The notes under the pieces are model-generated. The model was not told the origin of the DNA and ran no database searches. It worked only from the letters and a program-made list of their open reading frames with translations. DNA of 64,000 bases from Alphaproteobacteria bacterium (GTDB lineage: Bacteria > Pseudomonadota > Alphaproteobacteria > CALMVH01). The stretch lies in contig CBDAQV010000001.1 of assembly GCA_965199265.1 (NCBI GenBank), forward strand, positions 444,409 to 508,408. Reading direction: 5' to 3'. This document shows positions 39,412 to 50,505 of this stretch, piece by piece (within the stretch, counting starts at the first letter, position 1; each line of letters begins with the position of its first letter). The translations under genes were made by a program, and so were the position numbers.

Positions 39412-39430
39412 AATGAAAGGAGGTTGGACA

Positions 39431-40186
<756 letters not shown>

Positions 40187-40191
40187 TGTTA

Positions 40192-40548
40192 TTAGTTGGG
40201 CTGCTTGTTGGCGCGACGATATACAGCCGCCGCGCGTAAGTTGGTATAACACATCCAGACCAGGAACAGACTAGCCGCGACTGCAAAACCCTGTGCTCCC
40301 GGCCAGACGATCGGGGCAAAGCACAGTCCGGCCAGAAACAGCATCCACACGGCAGCTTCAATATGCTGAGCATAAGTTCTGCCCGCTATGTAAGACGTGT
40401 ACTGTACCAGTACCCTTGCGCGACCTTCACACCGTTGTTTGCACGCAAGACCGAACCGCAATTCGGTCGCGGCCTCCCGGCTCAGGGCTCGAAAACAATG
40501 ACGGCAGAGCCCAACCGCAGGCTGCGAAGGATTGTAGAAGCAGTTCAT
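40192..40548 (-). CDS. Small zinc-ribbon-like membrane protein (about 117 aa) embedded in the suf operon.
   Basis: Its ATG overlaps the sufB stop (TGATG). The N-terminal Cys cluster is C3, C16-x2-C19, C37-x3-C41, followed by two hydrophobic helices (AAVWMLFLAGLCFAPIVW, GFAVAASLFLVWMCY). Confidence 0.5.
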   Translation of the reverse strand: MNCFYNPSQPAVGLCRHCFRALSREAATELRFGLACKQRCEGRARVLVQYTSYIAGRTYAQHIEAAVWMLFLAGLCFAPIVWPGAQGFAVAASLFLVWMCYTNLRAAAVYRRANKQPN

Positions 40549-42017
40549 CACCCGACGCTCCCCTCGAGCGAAATCCCGATCAGCTTCTGCGCCTCGACGG
40601 CGAACTCCATCGGCAGTTGCTGCATCACCTCGCGGCAGAAGCCGTTGACGATCAGGGACACCGATTCTTCCTGGCTGATGCCGCGCTGGCGACAGTAGAA
40701 CAGCTGGTCTTCGCTGATCTTGGCCGTGCTGGCTTCGTGCTCGATGGTCGCGGTCGGGTTGCGGCTTTCGATGTAGGGCACGGTGTGTGCGCCGCACCGG
40801 TCGCCCATTAGCAGGCTGTCACACTGCGTGTAGTTTCGCGCGCCGTCGGCCTTGGGCAGGATGCGGACCAGGCCGCGATAGGTGTTCTGGCCGCGCCCAG
40901 CGGAAATGCCCTTGGAAACAATGCGCGAGCGCGTGTTCCTGCCGATGTGGATCATCTTGGTGCCGGTATCGGCCTGCTGCCAGTTGTTGGCGATGGCGAC
41001 CGAATAGAACTCACCGACCGAGTTGTCGCCCTGCAGGATGCAGGACGGGTACTTCCAAGTGATCGCCGAGCCGGTCTCCACCTGGGTCCACGAGATCTTC
41101 GAGTTCCGGCCGCGGCACGCGCCGCGCTTGGTCACGAAGTTGTAAATGCCGCCAAGGCCGTTCTCGTCGCCCGGGTACCAGTTCTGCACGGTCGAGTACT
41201 TGATCTCGGCGTCGTCCAGCGCCACAAGCTCGACCACAGCGGCGTGCAGCTGATTCTCGTCGCGCTTGGGCGCGGTGCAGCCTTCGAGGTAGGAGCAGTA
41301 CGCCCCCGCCTCGGCGACGATCAGCGTGCGTTCGAACTGGCCGGTGCTGGCGGCGTTGATGCGGAAATAGGTGGAAAGCTCCATCGGGCAGCGCACGCCC
41401 TTGGGGATGAAGACGAATGACCCGTCGGTGAACACCGCCGAGTTCAGGCAGGCGTAGAAATTGTCGCTGGTCGGCACGACGGTGCCGAGGTATTTGCGCA
41501 CCAGCTCCGGGTGCTCCTGGATCGCCTCCGAGATCGGGCAGAAGATCACGCCGGCCTCGCCCAGCTTCTTCTTGAACGTGGTCGCGACCGAGACGCTGTC
41601 GAACACCGCGTCGACCGCGACGGTCGGCTCGACGCCCGCCAGCAGCTCCTGCTCGCGGATGGGGATGCCCAGCTTCTTGTAGGTTTCGATCAATTGCGGA
41701 TCGACCTCATCCAGGCTCTGCTTCTTCGGCATGTTCTTCGGCGCGGCATAGTAATACGCGTCCTGGAAGTCGATGGGCGCGACGTTCAGCTTGGCCCAGT
41801 CCGGCACGGTCATCTGCCGCCACGCGCGGAACGCGTCGAGGCGCCATTGCAGCATCCACTCCGGCTCACTCTTCTTTGCCGAGATGAAGCGGACGATGTC
41901 CTCGTTCAGCCCTTTCGGGGCGGTATCCATTTCGATTTCGGTGACGAAGCCGTACTTGTACTTCTCGTCGATCGCCGCCGTCAGGATTTCGTCAGTTTCG
42001 ATCCGCTCTTCCATCAC
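40548..42017 (-). CDS. sufB: Fe-S cluster assembly protein SufB.
   Basis: Highly conserved SufB sequence over its whole 489-aa length. Confidence 0.95.
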   Translation of the reverse strand: MMEERIETDEILTAAIDEKYKYGFVTEIEMDTAPKGLNEDIVRFISAKKSEPEWMLQWRLDAFRAWRQMTVPDWAKLNVAPIDFQDAYYYAAPKNMPKKQSLDEVDPQLIETYKKLGIPIREQELLAGVEPTVAVDAVFDSVSVATTFKKKLGEAGVIFCPISEAIQEHPELVRKYLGTVVPTSDNFYACLNSAVFTDGSFVFIPKGVRCPMELSTYFRINAASTGQFERTLIVAEAGAYCSYLEGCTAPKRDENQLHAAVVELVALDDAEIKYSTVQNWYPGDENGLGGIYNFVTKRGACRGRNSKISWTQVETGSAITWKYPSCILQGDNSVGEFYSVAIANNWQQADTGTKMIHIGRNTRSRIVSKGISAGRGQNTYRGLVRILPKADGARNYTQCDSLLMGDRCGAHTVPYIESRNPTATIEHEASTAKISEDQLFYCRQRGISQEESVSLIVNGFCREVMQQLPMEFAVEAQKLIGISLEGSVG

Positions 42018-42478
42018 GCCGTTTCCCTTTCCAGCCCGACCTCGGCTACCGCAAGGCGGGGCCGGTCCATGGGCTCAGCCATTTCCGCAAGGCTGACCGC
42101 TTCCAGCGCGTCGCGAATGGCGTCGTTGATCCTGTTCCAGTTGCCGCGCACCGAGCACGACTGCTCCGCCTCGCAGCCGCTATTGCCCTCGACGCAATCG
42201 GTCAGCGCAATCGGGCCTTCGACTGCGGCGATCACGTCGGCGACTGAGATATCGTGCGCCGGCCGTGCCAGCCCGTAACCTCCGGCGATGCCGCGCTGCG
42301 ATGTCACAATCCCGCCCCGCGCCAGCACCTTCATCAGCTTGGCGACCGTCGGCTCGGGCACGCCGCTGCGCCGCGCCAGCACGCACGCGCTCAGCGCACC
42401 GGGCGAGCGGGCCAGCTCGCACAGCGCCACGATGGCGTAATCGCTGAGTTTGGACAAACGTATCAAGGGTTTCCGCAA
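42014..42478 (-). CDS. Rrf2-family transcriptional regulator (IscR/SufR-like) heading the suf operon.
   Basis: N-terminal wHTH ([17 protein letters not shown]). The Cys pattern C-x5-C (CVEGNSGC) and then C-x5-C resembles the IscR cluster ligands. Overlaps the sufB start (ATGA). Confidence 0.85.
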   Translation of the reverse strand: MRKPLIRLSKLSDYAIVALCELARSPGALSACVLARRSGVPEPTVAKLMKVLARGGIVTSQRGIAGGYGLARPAHDISVADVIAAVEGPIALTDCVEGNSGCEAEQSCSVRGNWNRINDAIRDALEAVSLAEMAEPMDRPRLAVAEVGLERETA

Positions 42479-42540
42479 AGCAGACTAAACTGGTCCTGTT
42501 TATCTATCCCGCCAGCCGGGAAGTCAAGTACAAGGAGGCC

Positions 42541-42646
42541 GTCATCCCGGGCAAGGCGAAAGGTCTACGCCAAGCCGATGATGGTACTGAAACCCTTTTT
42601 CTTCTGGAAATGCGGAAGCAAGATCCTTCGCCTTGCTCAGGATGAC
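42541..42646. repeat. Palindromic REP-like element upstream of the rrf2-suf operon.
   Basis: GTCATCCCGGGCAAGGCGAAAGGTC ... GATCCTTCGCCTTGCTCAGGATGAC, about 25-bp arms around a 56-bp spacer. Confidence 0.65.
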
Positions 42647-42648
42647 AA

Positions 42649-43971
42649 TCAGGTCACCAGCGCCTGTTGCAGCGCGTGCGCGACGCCGATCAGCTTGAGC
42701 TCGTTGCCCGCGGTTGCCATCAGCTGCAGCCCGATCGGCTCGGGGCCGGGCAGGGGGATGCTGATCGCGGCCATGTTGAACAGGTTAGCGAACTGCACGT
42801 TGCCGAGATTGCGCCGCTGCCAGTTCGTGACCGCGTCGGCATCGGCCATGCCGGACACTTTCGGAGCGGTTTCCGGCAGGGTCGGGGCGACGATCGCGTC
42901 GATATGAGAGAAGTTGCTGTTCACCTTGTTCACCAAGTGGCGGCGCGCTTCGTACAGGTTCTGCACTTCGTTGATGTCCGCGTCCAGGCCGATCCGCAGC
43001 GCAGGCCGGGTGGCGGGGTCAAGCTGTTCCAGCCCGGCTTCCAGCCGCTCGCGCCCGATATAGCGGACGAGGGCGGCGGAATTGACGGTTGGTACGAATT
43101 GCTTCAGCGGCGAGAAATCGGGGATGACGATCGGGCTGAGCACGATGTTCTTCCTGGAAAGCCGCGCAAATGCCGCCGTGACGGCTTGCGCCACCGCAGG
43201 ATCTATGTTCTCGAAAAACACGCTTTTGGCGACGCCCAGTCGCAGCGGCGCGCCAATCAGGTTGGGCGCGATGCCGCCGCCCAGCGCGTGGATCAGGAAT
43301 GCCAGGTCCGACACCTGCCGGGTCAGCACGCCCATGGTATCGAACTCGCGCGATAGCGGGATCGACCCGTCGCGCGGCCAGAAGTCGACCGACGGCCTGA
43401 AACCGGTCACGCCGCACAGGGAAGCCCCCACCCGCGTCGCACCAACGGCGTCGCGGCTGAGCGCGAAGCTGCAAATGCCCTTTGCGACCGCGACCGCCGA
43501 GCCGCTGCTCGGCCCGCCGGCCAACCGCGGCTCGGGATAATGCGGGTTGTCCGGCAGTTCGACGGTGGAGTTATAATAGCTAAGCGAAAGCTCGCTGCCC
43601 GCCGTCTTGCCGATCGGAACCGCGCCGCTGTCCCTCAGCTTTTTCATCACGGCGCCCTGAGGCGCGTTCAGGTCGTGAAGGTCGAGCCGTGTCCCGGCGC
43701 TGAGCGGCAACCCGTCGACCGCGATGAACTCGGCAACGCCGAACGGCACCCCTGCCAGAGGTTTCATCGGCAGGCTTGTCGCCCCTGTCGCATCGAGGTG
43801 CCGCGCCTCGGCTTCGGCCTGCTCGGTCGCGAGGTGGCGGAATACATGATCGGGAACGCTCGCGCTTGCCAGATCCAGCGACGATCCGATCACGTCGCGG
43901 CAGTTCATCTTTGCGTGCCGCAGATTGCTGGCGAGGGCGGATATGTCGCCCAGGGGCATGCCCGGGCTCAT
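42649..43971 (-). CDS. Amidase-signature family amidase.
   Basis: Gly/Ser-rich AS motif GGPSSGSAVAVA and the Ser-cisSer-Lys family pattern. The protein is 440 aa. Confidence 0.75.
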   Translation of the reverse strand: MSPGMPLGDISALASNLRHAKMNCRDVIGSSLDLASASVPDHVFRHLATEQAEAEARHLDATGATSLPMKPLAGVPFGVAEFIAVDGLPLSAGTRLDLHDLNAPQGAVMKKLRDSGAVPIGKTAGSELSLSYYNSTVELPDNPHYPEPRLAGGPSSGSAVAVAKGICSFALSRDAVGATRVGASLCGVTGFRPSVDFWPRDGSIPLSREFDTMGVLTRQVSDLAFLIHALGGGIAPNLIGAPLRLGVAKSVFFENIDPAVAQAVTAAFARLSRKNIVLSPIVIPDFSPLKQFVPTVNSAALVRYIGRERLEAGLEQLDPATRPALRIGLDADINEVQNLYEARRHLVNKVNSNFSHIDAIVAPTLPETAPKVSGMADADAVTNWQRRNLGNVQFANLFNMAAISIPLPGPEPIGLQLMATAGNELKLIGVAHALQQALVT

Positions 43972-44375
43972 CCCGAGACGCGAACGATCACATCAACGCG
44001 CGAAACAGCGGAACCTTCCGGCGCGCTCGGCAGCCCCAGGACTTCGATCCCCGCCCCGTGAATGTCCTCGAGCCGTCCGGACTGTTCAAAGTAAAAATGG
44101 TGATGCGGGTCGAGGTTGGTGTCGAAATAGGCCTGCCCCGGCTGGATCACCACATGGTGCAGCAGCCCCGCGCCTGTCAGCGCATGCAGGGTATTGTAGA
44201 CCGTCGCCAAGGACACAGGCATGCCGGCCTGCATCGCTTCCTGGTGCAGCTGTTCCGCTGTCAGGTGGCGATCCCCGCACGCGAACAGCAGCTCGGTCAG
44301 GCAAAGCCGCTGCCGCGTCGGCCTCAGCCCGGCTCTTGCCAGGCGCTGCACTGCCATGGAAATCGGTGCGCTCAT
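43968..44375 (-). CDS. Fur-family transcriptional regulator (Fur/Zur/Irr type, undetermined).
   Basis: LRPTRQRLCLTELLFAC, HHHFYFE and Cys pairs match Fur architecture. The start is at the internal MSAPIS (44375). Confidence 0.75.
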   Translation of the reverse strand: MSAPISMAVQRLARAGLRPTRQRLCLTELLFACGDRHLTAEQLHQEAMQAGMPVSLATVYNTLHALTGAGLLHHVVIQPGQAYFDTNLDPHHHFYFEQSGRLEDIHGAGIEVLGLPSAPEGSAVSRVDVIVRVSG

Positions 44376-44452
44376 GAATAAATGATATAGCCCGACTACT
44401 AAGGAAGAGTAATCGGAATTCTCATGCGCCCTGCAGGTCCGAACGGCTATAT

Positions 44453-45862
44453 CTAGTCGCCTGTGCTGATGCGCTCGACCAGTTGCCGGACCGTCGGGAT
44501 GAAGCCGCTGGCGTAGAACGGATCCTGCGCGAAGCGGTACGCCTTGTTGCCGGCGAACATCAGCTGGTTTTCCACGTCTTCGGAATGGCTGATGTTCTGC
44601 AGCGTCTTCTGGATGCAGTACGAGCGCGGATCTGCCTTGCGACCTGTCGTGCCCGCCTCGTTTTCCGCCCAATTCGAGAACTGGCATTGCGACAGGCAGC
44701 CCATGCATTCTATCTGGTCGGTAAGAATGTGGTTTTCGCTTTCGGGCGTGACGAAGACGAGCGTGTTGTCCGGCGTCTTCATCGCCTCGGTAAACCCGGC
44801 AGCGATCCACTCCTCAGCCTTGGCCTTCTCGTGACGGGTCAGGTACACCGGCCGTCCGCGCGCGCCCACCGGCAGGGCGGTGTCGTGATCGCCCATCGGT
44901 TCGGTTTGATAGGCGACCTGGCGCTCCGAGCGTTGCTGCAGGTCGTTCAGGAACGGATTGCGGACGGCAGAGGAATAGAAACCGGTCGGGCTGAACTTGT
45001 TCAGGTAGATGTCGCCCGGCTGCAGAGTTAGCAGCCGCTGCTTCCAGGCGTCGGAGATCGGGCTTTCCTGAGTCAGCAGCGGCCTCGTGCCGAACTGGAA
45101 CGCGACCGGGCCCAGTTCCGGGTTATCCAGCCAGCTTTCCCATTCGCGCAGGAACCAGACGCCACCTGCCATGACGATCGGCACGTCGTCGAGACCGAAA
45201 CCGGCCAGCACCTGTCGTAGGGCCACAACGCGCAGATACGGGTCTTCCGGCCGCTCGGGGCTTTCGCTGTTCGACAGGCCATTGTGCCCGCCGGCCAGCC
45301 ACGGATCCTCGTAGACAACGCCGCCCAGCCATTCGGGGAACTTGCTGTAGGCGCGGCGCCACAAGGCGTTGAACGCCCGTCCCGAGGATACGATCGGATA
45401 GTAATGAACGCCGTAATGCGCGCACAGCTCGGCCAGCCTGTACGGCATGCCCGCGCCGCAGGTTACGCCGTGGATCAGGCCCTTCGCGCCCTCCAGGACG
45501 CCGTGCAGGATCTGCTCGGTCCCGGCCATCTCCCACAGGACGTTGACGTGCATGCGGCCCTCGCCATTGCTGCGTTCGTGCGCTATGCGCGCCTGCGTGA
45601 GCCCGCCGTCGATGGCATAGCGGATCAGTTCCTCGTGCCGCTCGCGCCGCGTGCGGCCATGATAGACCTGCGCGACGGGCGTGCCGTCCTGGTTGAAGCT
45701 ATCGGCATTGACGCCGGAAAACGTGCCGACCCCGCCCGCCGATGCCCACGCGCCGGAACTCTGGCCATTCGAAACGGAAATACCTTTGCCGCCCTCGACG
45801 ATGGGCAGCACTTCACGTCCGGAAATCCGGATTGGGTTTAACGCTCTCATTGTTCTTATCAA
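44453..45862 (-). CDS. Nitronate monooxygenase (2-nitropropane dioxygenase)-family FMN oxidoreductase, long form.
   Basis: TIM-barrel NMO motifs (IVEGGKGISVSNG and MAGGVW). The protein is 469 aa. Confidence 0.65.
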   Translation of the reverse strand: MIRTMRALNPIRISGREVLPIVEGGKGISVSNGQSSGAWASAGGVGTFSGVNADSFNQDGTPVAQVYHGRTRRERHEELIRYAIDGGLTQARIAHERSNGEGRMHVNVLWEMAGTEQILHGVLEGAKGLIHGVTCGAGMPYRLAELCAHYGVHYYPIVSSGRAFNALWRRAYSKFPEWLGGVVYEDPWLAGGHNGLSNSESPERPEDPYLRVVALRQVLAGFGLDDVPIVMAGGVWFLREWESWLDNPELGPVAFQFGTRPLLTQESPISDAWKQRLLTLQPGDIYLNKFSPTGFYSSAVRNPFLNDLQQRSERQVAYQTEPMGDHDTALPVGARGRPVYLTRHEKAKAEEWIAAGFTEAMKTPDNTLVFVTPESENHILTDQIECMGCLSQCQFSNWAENEAGTTGRKADPRSYCIQKTLQNISHSEDVENQLMFAGNKAYRFAQDPFYASGFIPTVRQLVERISTGD

Positions 45863-45932
45863 TATAGTTGGAAATCGATCCCTGAAAGGGGGAGATCGAC
45901 AAATCGTGCGTGACCGGCGGCGCAGGCGATCG

Positions 45933-46694
45933 TCAGAACGGCATCCTGACCTGAACGTTCTGAAACAGCATCTGCGCCGGGTAATCCGTCACGATCCCGA
46001 AGATGCCGATGGCGAACAGGCTGCGGGCACGCTTTACGTCGTTGACCGGCGAGGCATAGACCGGCTTCGCGCTGGCGACCAGTTCCAGAAGCGCCGTCGG
46101 GTTGGCGGCGTTGCCCTGCAACACCGTCGCCTGGCTTGCTTCCATCAACGCACGCCAGTTCGGGGGTAGCGAGGGTCCTTCGAAAACGAGTTTTCGCGGC
46201 CAGTCCGGTTGCAGTTCGGCGGCAGCGGCAAGGCACTCGGCCACGGTGCTGCCGATCAGCGGCAAGGATGTATCCAGAGGCCAGTGTTCGTGGAGCAGGT
46301 CTACGACTGCTCTTGCCGTTTCATGTTCGCGGCCGGGCTGCGGGCGCAACTCAGGCAGTATCCGCAGTTCCAAAGCGGCGCAAAGCCGTACCGCTTCGAG
46401 CAGCGTTGGAATCGCTTCACCCGCAAACTGCGGCAGGAACCACGACCCCGCGTCCAGCTGCTTCAATTCCTCGACCGTCTTGTCCCAGATGGATCCGTTG
46501 CCGTTGCTGGTGCGTTCCAGGGCCTCGTCGCGAAACAGCACGGGGGTGCCGTCTGCTGAAAGCCGCACGTCGAGCTGTACGGCACGAGCGCCGACATCGG
46601 CTGCCTCGCGGATCGACATCAGCGTGTTTTCGGGGGTAGAGCCCGCGCTGCCACGCCGGCCGACGATCTTGGTCCATTCGGCGAAGGGGCGCAT
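45933..46694 (-). CDS. Glycerophosphodiester phosphodiesterase.
   Basis: IVGRRGSAGSTPENTLMS (GDPD HR-x-ENT motif). The protein is 253 aa. Confidence 0.8.
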   Translation of the reverse strand: MRPFAEWTKIVGRRGSAGSTPENTLMSIREAADVGARAVQLDVRLSADGTPVLFRDEALERTSNGNGSIWDKTVEELKQLDAGSWFLPQFAGEAIPTLLEAVRLCAALELRILPELRPQPGREHETARAVVDLLHEHWPLDTSLPLIGSTVAECLAAAAELQPDWPRKLVFEGPSLPPNWRALMEASQATVLQGNAANPTALLELVASAKPVYASPVNDVKRARSLFAIGIFGIVTDYPAQMLFQNVQVRMPF

Positions 46695-46817
46695 TCAGCC
46701 CGCCGTTCCGATACGGGCGACAATGCTTACGATATAGTGTTGAATGGTGGACGAAGGCATGCCGAACTATACGGCGCGCTTCTGCACTTTCCTAGCGCAC
46801 TGCGCTTAGAAAAAAGG

Positions 46818-46847
46818 CCCCGTTCAGAACGGGGCCTTTTGCGTCAC
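46818..46847 (-). terminator. Rho-independent terminator downstream of pnp (and structurally bidirectional).
   Basis: GGCCCCG-ttctgaa-CGGGGCC followed by TTTTTTCT on the minus strand, 12 nt after the pnp stop. Confidence 0.6.
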
Positions 46848-46858
46848 AAACAGGCCGT

Positions 46859-48970
46859 TCAGCCTGCCCGCTGGATTTCCTCGCCGGTCTGCTGGTCGAC
46901 CTGCTTCATCGACAGCTTGATCTTGCCGCGGTCGTCGAAGCCGATGACCTTGACCTTGACCTCGTCGCCCTGGTTTACGACGTCCGTGACACGGGCCACG
47001 CGCTGCGGCGACAGTTCCGAGATGTGCACGAGGCCGTCGCGGCTGCCCATGAAGTTAACGAAGGCGCCGAAATCGACCACCTTCACGACCTTGCCGGTGT
47101 AGATCACGCCCATCTCGGGCTCGGAGACGATGCCCTTGATCCAGTCGATCGCGCGCTGCGCCGAATCGGCGTCGGTGGAGGAGACCTTCACCGTGCCGTC
47201 GTCGTCGATATCGACCTTTGCGCCGGTCACTTCTGTGATTTCGCGGATCACCTTGCCGCCCGAGCCGATCACTTCGCGGATCTTGTCCTTCGGGATGTTC
47301 AGCACGGTGATGCGCGGCGCGTTCTCGTTCACGCCCTGGCGGGAGTGATCGAGCGCCTTCGACATCTCGCCCAGGATGTGCATGCGCCCATCTTTTGCCT
47401 GCGCCAGCGCGATCTTCATGATCTCCGCGGTGATCGAAGTGATCTTGATATCCATCTGCAGCGCGGTGATGCCGTGATCCGTGCCCGCCACCTTGAAGTC
47501 CATGTCCCCGAGGTGATCCTCATCGCCCAGGATGTCGGACAGGACGGCGAACCGGTCGCCTTCCTTGATGAGGCCCATTGCGATGCCCGCGATCGGGCGC
47601 GACAGCGGCACGCCCGAGTCCATCATGGCGAGCGACGAGCCACACACCGTCGCCATCGACGACGAGCCGTTCGACTCGGTGATCTCGGACACGACGCGGA
47701 TCGTGTACGGGAAGGCTTCCTTTGCCGGCAGCAGAGGACGCACGGCACGCCACGCCAGCTTGCCGTGGCCGATTTCGCGGCGGCCGGGGCCCGACATGCG
47801 CCCCGCTTCACCGACCGAGTACGGCGGAAAGTTGTAATGCAGCATGAAGTGTTCGCGGTAGTCTCCCGACAGCGCATCGATGATCTGCTCGTCCTGGCCA
47901 GTACCGAGCGTAGTGACCACGAGCGCCTGCGTTTCGCCGCGGGTGAACAGCGCCGAGCCGTGCGCGCGCGGCAGCACGCCGACCTCGCACACGATCTGGC
48001 GGACTGTTTTCGTGTCGCGCCCGTCGATCCGGTTACCGGTATCGAGGATGTCGTTGCGAACGATGTCCGCTTCCAGCTGCTTGAACACGCCGCCGAACAG
48101 GAGGGCGTCTTCCGCCTCGGTCGCGAACGCTTCCTTGGCCTTCTTCTTGGCGGCCGAAACCTTGTCCTGTCGAGCCGACTTCTGCCGTTCGCCGAAGGCC
48201 GCGCGCAGGTCTTCGCCGATCACGTCCTTCATCCTGGACGAAAGCGCCGACTTTTCCTCGCTTCGTGTGTTGAGCGCCCACGGCTCCTTGGCGCACAGCT
48301 CGGCCAGCTGGATGATGAGGTCGATCACCGGGCGGAACTGCTCCTGCCCGAATGTGACCGCGCCCAGCATGACGTCTTCCGAAAGCTCCTGCGCTTCGGA
48401 TTCGACCATCAGCACGCCTTCGATCGTTCCGGCGACGACCAGGTCCAGGTCGCTGGTCTCCAGCTCGTCGGTCGTCGGGTTGACGAGGTACTTGCCGTTG
48501 GCGTATCCAACGCGCGCCGCGCCGATCGGGCCCATGAAGGGGATGCCGGCGATGGTCAGCGCGGCGGAGGTGCCGACCAGCGCGACGATGTCGGGATCGT
48601 TCTCGAGGTCATGGCTGAGTACGGTGCAGATGACCTGCGTCTCGTTGTAGAAGCCTTCGGCGAAGAGCGGGCGGATCGGGCGGTCGATCAGGCGCGAGGT
48701 CAGGACCTCCTTCTCCGACGGCTTGCCTTCGCGCTTGAAATAGCCGCCCGGGATCTTGCCGGCGGCGAACTGCTTTTCCTGGTAGTGCACGGTCAGCGGG
48801 AAGAAATCGACGCCCGGCTTGGCCGTCTTTTCGCCGACGACGGTGCATAGCACGGTCGTCCCGCCATAGGTCGCCAGCACCGCGCCGTCCGCCTGGCGCG
48901 CGATCTTGCCGGTCTCGAGGGTCAGCGTACGGCCACCCCATTCCATTTCCTTGCGGAACACATTGAACAT
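46859..48970 (-). CDS. pnp: Polyribonucleotide nucleotidyltransferase (PNPase).
   Basis: Two RNase PH domains plus KH and S1 domains (C-terminal region ...[28 protein letters not shown]). The protein is 703 aa. Confidence 0.95.
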   Translation of the reverse strand: MFNVFRKEMEWGGRTLTLETGKIARQADGAVLATYGGTTVLCTVVGEKTAKPGVDFFPLTVHYQEKQFAAGKIPGGYFKREGKPSEKEVLTSRLIDRPIRPLFAEGFYNETQVICTVLSHDLENDPDIVALVGTSAALTIAGIPFMGPIGAARVGYANGKYLVNPTTDELETSDLDLVVAGTIEGVLMVESEAQELSEDVMLGAVTFGQEQFRPVIDLIIQLAELCAKEPWALNTRSEEKSALSSRMKDVIGEDLRAAFGERQKSARQDKVSAAKKKAKEAFATEAEDALLFGGVFKQLEADIVRNDILDTGNRIDGRDTKTVRQIVCEVGVLPRAHGSALFTRGETQALVVTTLGTGQDEQIIDALSGDYREHFMLHYNFPPYSVGEAGRMSGPGRREIGHGKLAWRAVRPLLPAKEAFPYTIRVVSEITESNGSSSMATVCGSSLAMMDSGVPLSRPIAGIAMGLIKEGDRFAVLSDILGDEDHLGDMDFKVAGTDHGITALQMDIKITSITAEIMKIALAQAKDGRMHILGEMSKALDHSRQGVNENAPRITVLNIPKDKIREVIGSGGKVIREITEVTGAKVDIDDDGTVKVSSTDADSAQRAIDWIKGIVSEPEMGVIYTGKVVKVVDFGAFVNFMGSRDGLVHISELSPQRVARVTDVVNQGDEVKVKVIGFDDRGKIKLSMKQVDQQTGEEIQRAG

Positions 48971-49158
48971 ATTTCTATCCTTTCATTCCGTGTACCCGCT
49001 TCGCGCTCATCGCGATGCAGGGGTGGGGAGGGCATCCTCCCCCATGTTGTGTGCTTGATCTGGATCGATGCGAACTGCCGAGTGCGCTCGAAAGCAGCAT
49101 AAGTTGGTTGGAGTCAGCCAACTGTCTGATGAAATAACTACCGCTCTCATATCTGATT

Positions 49159-49253
49159 GTCGTTCCCCCGCGCAGGCGGGGAACCCATGGTCAAGCAGAC
49201 TACCGACAGCGATTGGTCCATACTATGGATCCCCCGCTTTCGCGGAGGATGAC
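49159..49253. repeat. Palindromic REP-like element in the rpsO-pnp intergenic leader.
   Basis: GTCGTTCCCCCGCGCAGGCGGGGAACCCATGG ... CCATACTATGGATCCCCCGCTTTCGCGGAGGATGAC. Confidence 0.6.
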
Positions 49254-49287
49254 AATATAAAGGACCGGCAACAATCATCCGTTCGGA

Positions 49288-49557
49288 TCAACGACGCAAT
49301 CCGAGGCGCCCGATCAGCGTCTCGTATCGCTGGTTGTCGGACCGCTTCAGGTAATCGAGCAGCGCGCGCCGCTGGCTGACCATCTTCAGCAGGCCGCGGC
49401 GGCTGTGTACGTCGTGCTGGTGAAGCTTGAGGTGTTCGGTCAGGTTGGCGATGCGCTCGGACAGGATCGCCACCTGTACTTCCGGCGAGCCGGTATCGTT
49501 GGCGACGCGCCCGTATTCCTGCACAAGCGCCAGCTTGCGTTCGTTGGTGATCGACAT
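49288..49557 (-). CDS. rpsO: 30S ribosomal protein S15.
   Basis: [44 protein letters not shown] matches S15. Confidence 0.95.
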   Translation of the reverse strand: MSITNERKLALVQEYGRVANDTGSPEVQVAILSERIANLTEHLKLHQHDVHSRRGLLKMVSQRRALLDYLKRSDNQRYETLIGRLGLRR

Positions 49558-49575
49558 CGGGAAACTCCTTGAGAT

Positions 49576-50505
49576 CTAGAGGTTGAAGACGCGTACCGGG
49601 CGGATTTCCGCGGCGCGGACTTCGACCACGGCGATCGCCGTCTTTCCGGAGAACGCCAGGGCCGTGCCCTGCGCCGAGGGGCCAAGGGCTTTCAGCCTTT
49701 CGGCATCGTGCCTTGACAGCCAGGACAGGGATTGTCCCTGCCGCAGCCTGCCTGCCTCCGCTTCCGTCAGGGCCAGCGCCGGGATGTCGTCCAGCGCGGT
49801 CCAGGCAGGAGCCAGGTACTCGTCGAGGCGCGCACCATGCGTCAGCTCCTCCAGCTTTTCCAGAGAAATCGCATGATCCACGGAAAATTTCCCGACATCC
49901 ATGCGCCGCAGTTGCGCGATATGCCCGGCGGTACCCATCGCCTCGCCCATGTCGCGCGCCAGGCTGCGGACATAGCAGCCCTTGCCGACATGCGCCTCGA
50001 ACACGGCGTGGTCGGCGTCTGGCTGTTCCAGCAGGACCAGCCGGTGCACGTCGATGTCGCGCGGCTTCAGCTCCACCACCTCGCCGGCGCGGGCGAGGTC
50101 GTAGGCGCGCGCGCCGTCGATCTTCAGCGCCGAATAGATCGGCGGGCTCTGCCGGATGGTGCCGGTGAAGCGAGGCAGGGCGGCTTCGATCTCCGCCACC
50201 CGCGGCCTATGGTCCGAATGCCGGATCGCCGCGCCTTGCGAGTCGTCGGTATCGGTCGCGACGCCCCAGCGCACGGTAAAGCGGTACGTCTTCCGGCTGT
50301 CCATCGCGTAAGGCACGGTCTTGGTCGCCTCGCCCAGCGCGATCGGCAGCACGCCGGTCGCCAGCGGGTCCAGAGTCCCGGCATGCCCGACCTTCTGCGC
50401 GCGGGTCAGCCAGCGCACCTTGCCGACCACCTGCGTCGAGGTCATGCCCTGGGGTTTGTCGATTACCAGCCAGCCGTGCAGAGGCAGGCCTTTGCGCTTA
50501 CGCAT
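49576..50505 (-). CDS. truB: tRNA pseudouridine(55) synthase TruB.
   Basis: GWLVIDKPQGMTSTQVV...GHAGTLDPLATGVLPIALG contains the catalytic Asp motif. Confidence 0.9.
   Translation of the reverse strand: MRKRKGLPLHGWLVIDKPQGMTSTQVVGKVRWLTRAQKVGHAGTLDPLATGVLPIALGEATKTVPYAMDSRKTYRFTVRWGVATDTDDSQGAAIRHSDHRPRVAEIEAALPRFTGTIRQSPPIYSALKIDGARAYDLARAGEVVELKPRDIDVHRLVLLEQPDADHAVFEAHVGKGCYVRSLARDMGEAMGTAGHIAQLRRMDVGKFSVDHAISLEKLEELTHGARLDEYLAPAWTALDDIPALALTEAEAGRLRQGQSLSWLSRHDAERLKALGPSAQGTALAFSGKTAIAVVEVRAAEIRPVRVFNL

Noticed and set aside
40192..40797. Upstream 83 codons of the 201-aa ORF overlapping sufB.
   Set aside because: That part is out of frame with, and fully inside, the highly conserved sufB. 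Only the portion after the ATG at 40548 is retained.
42479..42540. Possible IscR/Rrf2 operator upstream of the rrf2-suf operon.
   Set aside because: No convincing palindrome matching the type-1 or type-2 IscR site could be read by eye, so it is left unannotated.
43968..44810. 145-codon N-terminal extension of the fur-family ORF.
   Set aside because: It is an Arg-rich low-complexity translation with no family similarity. Fur-family architecture begins at MSAPIS (44375).
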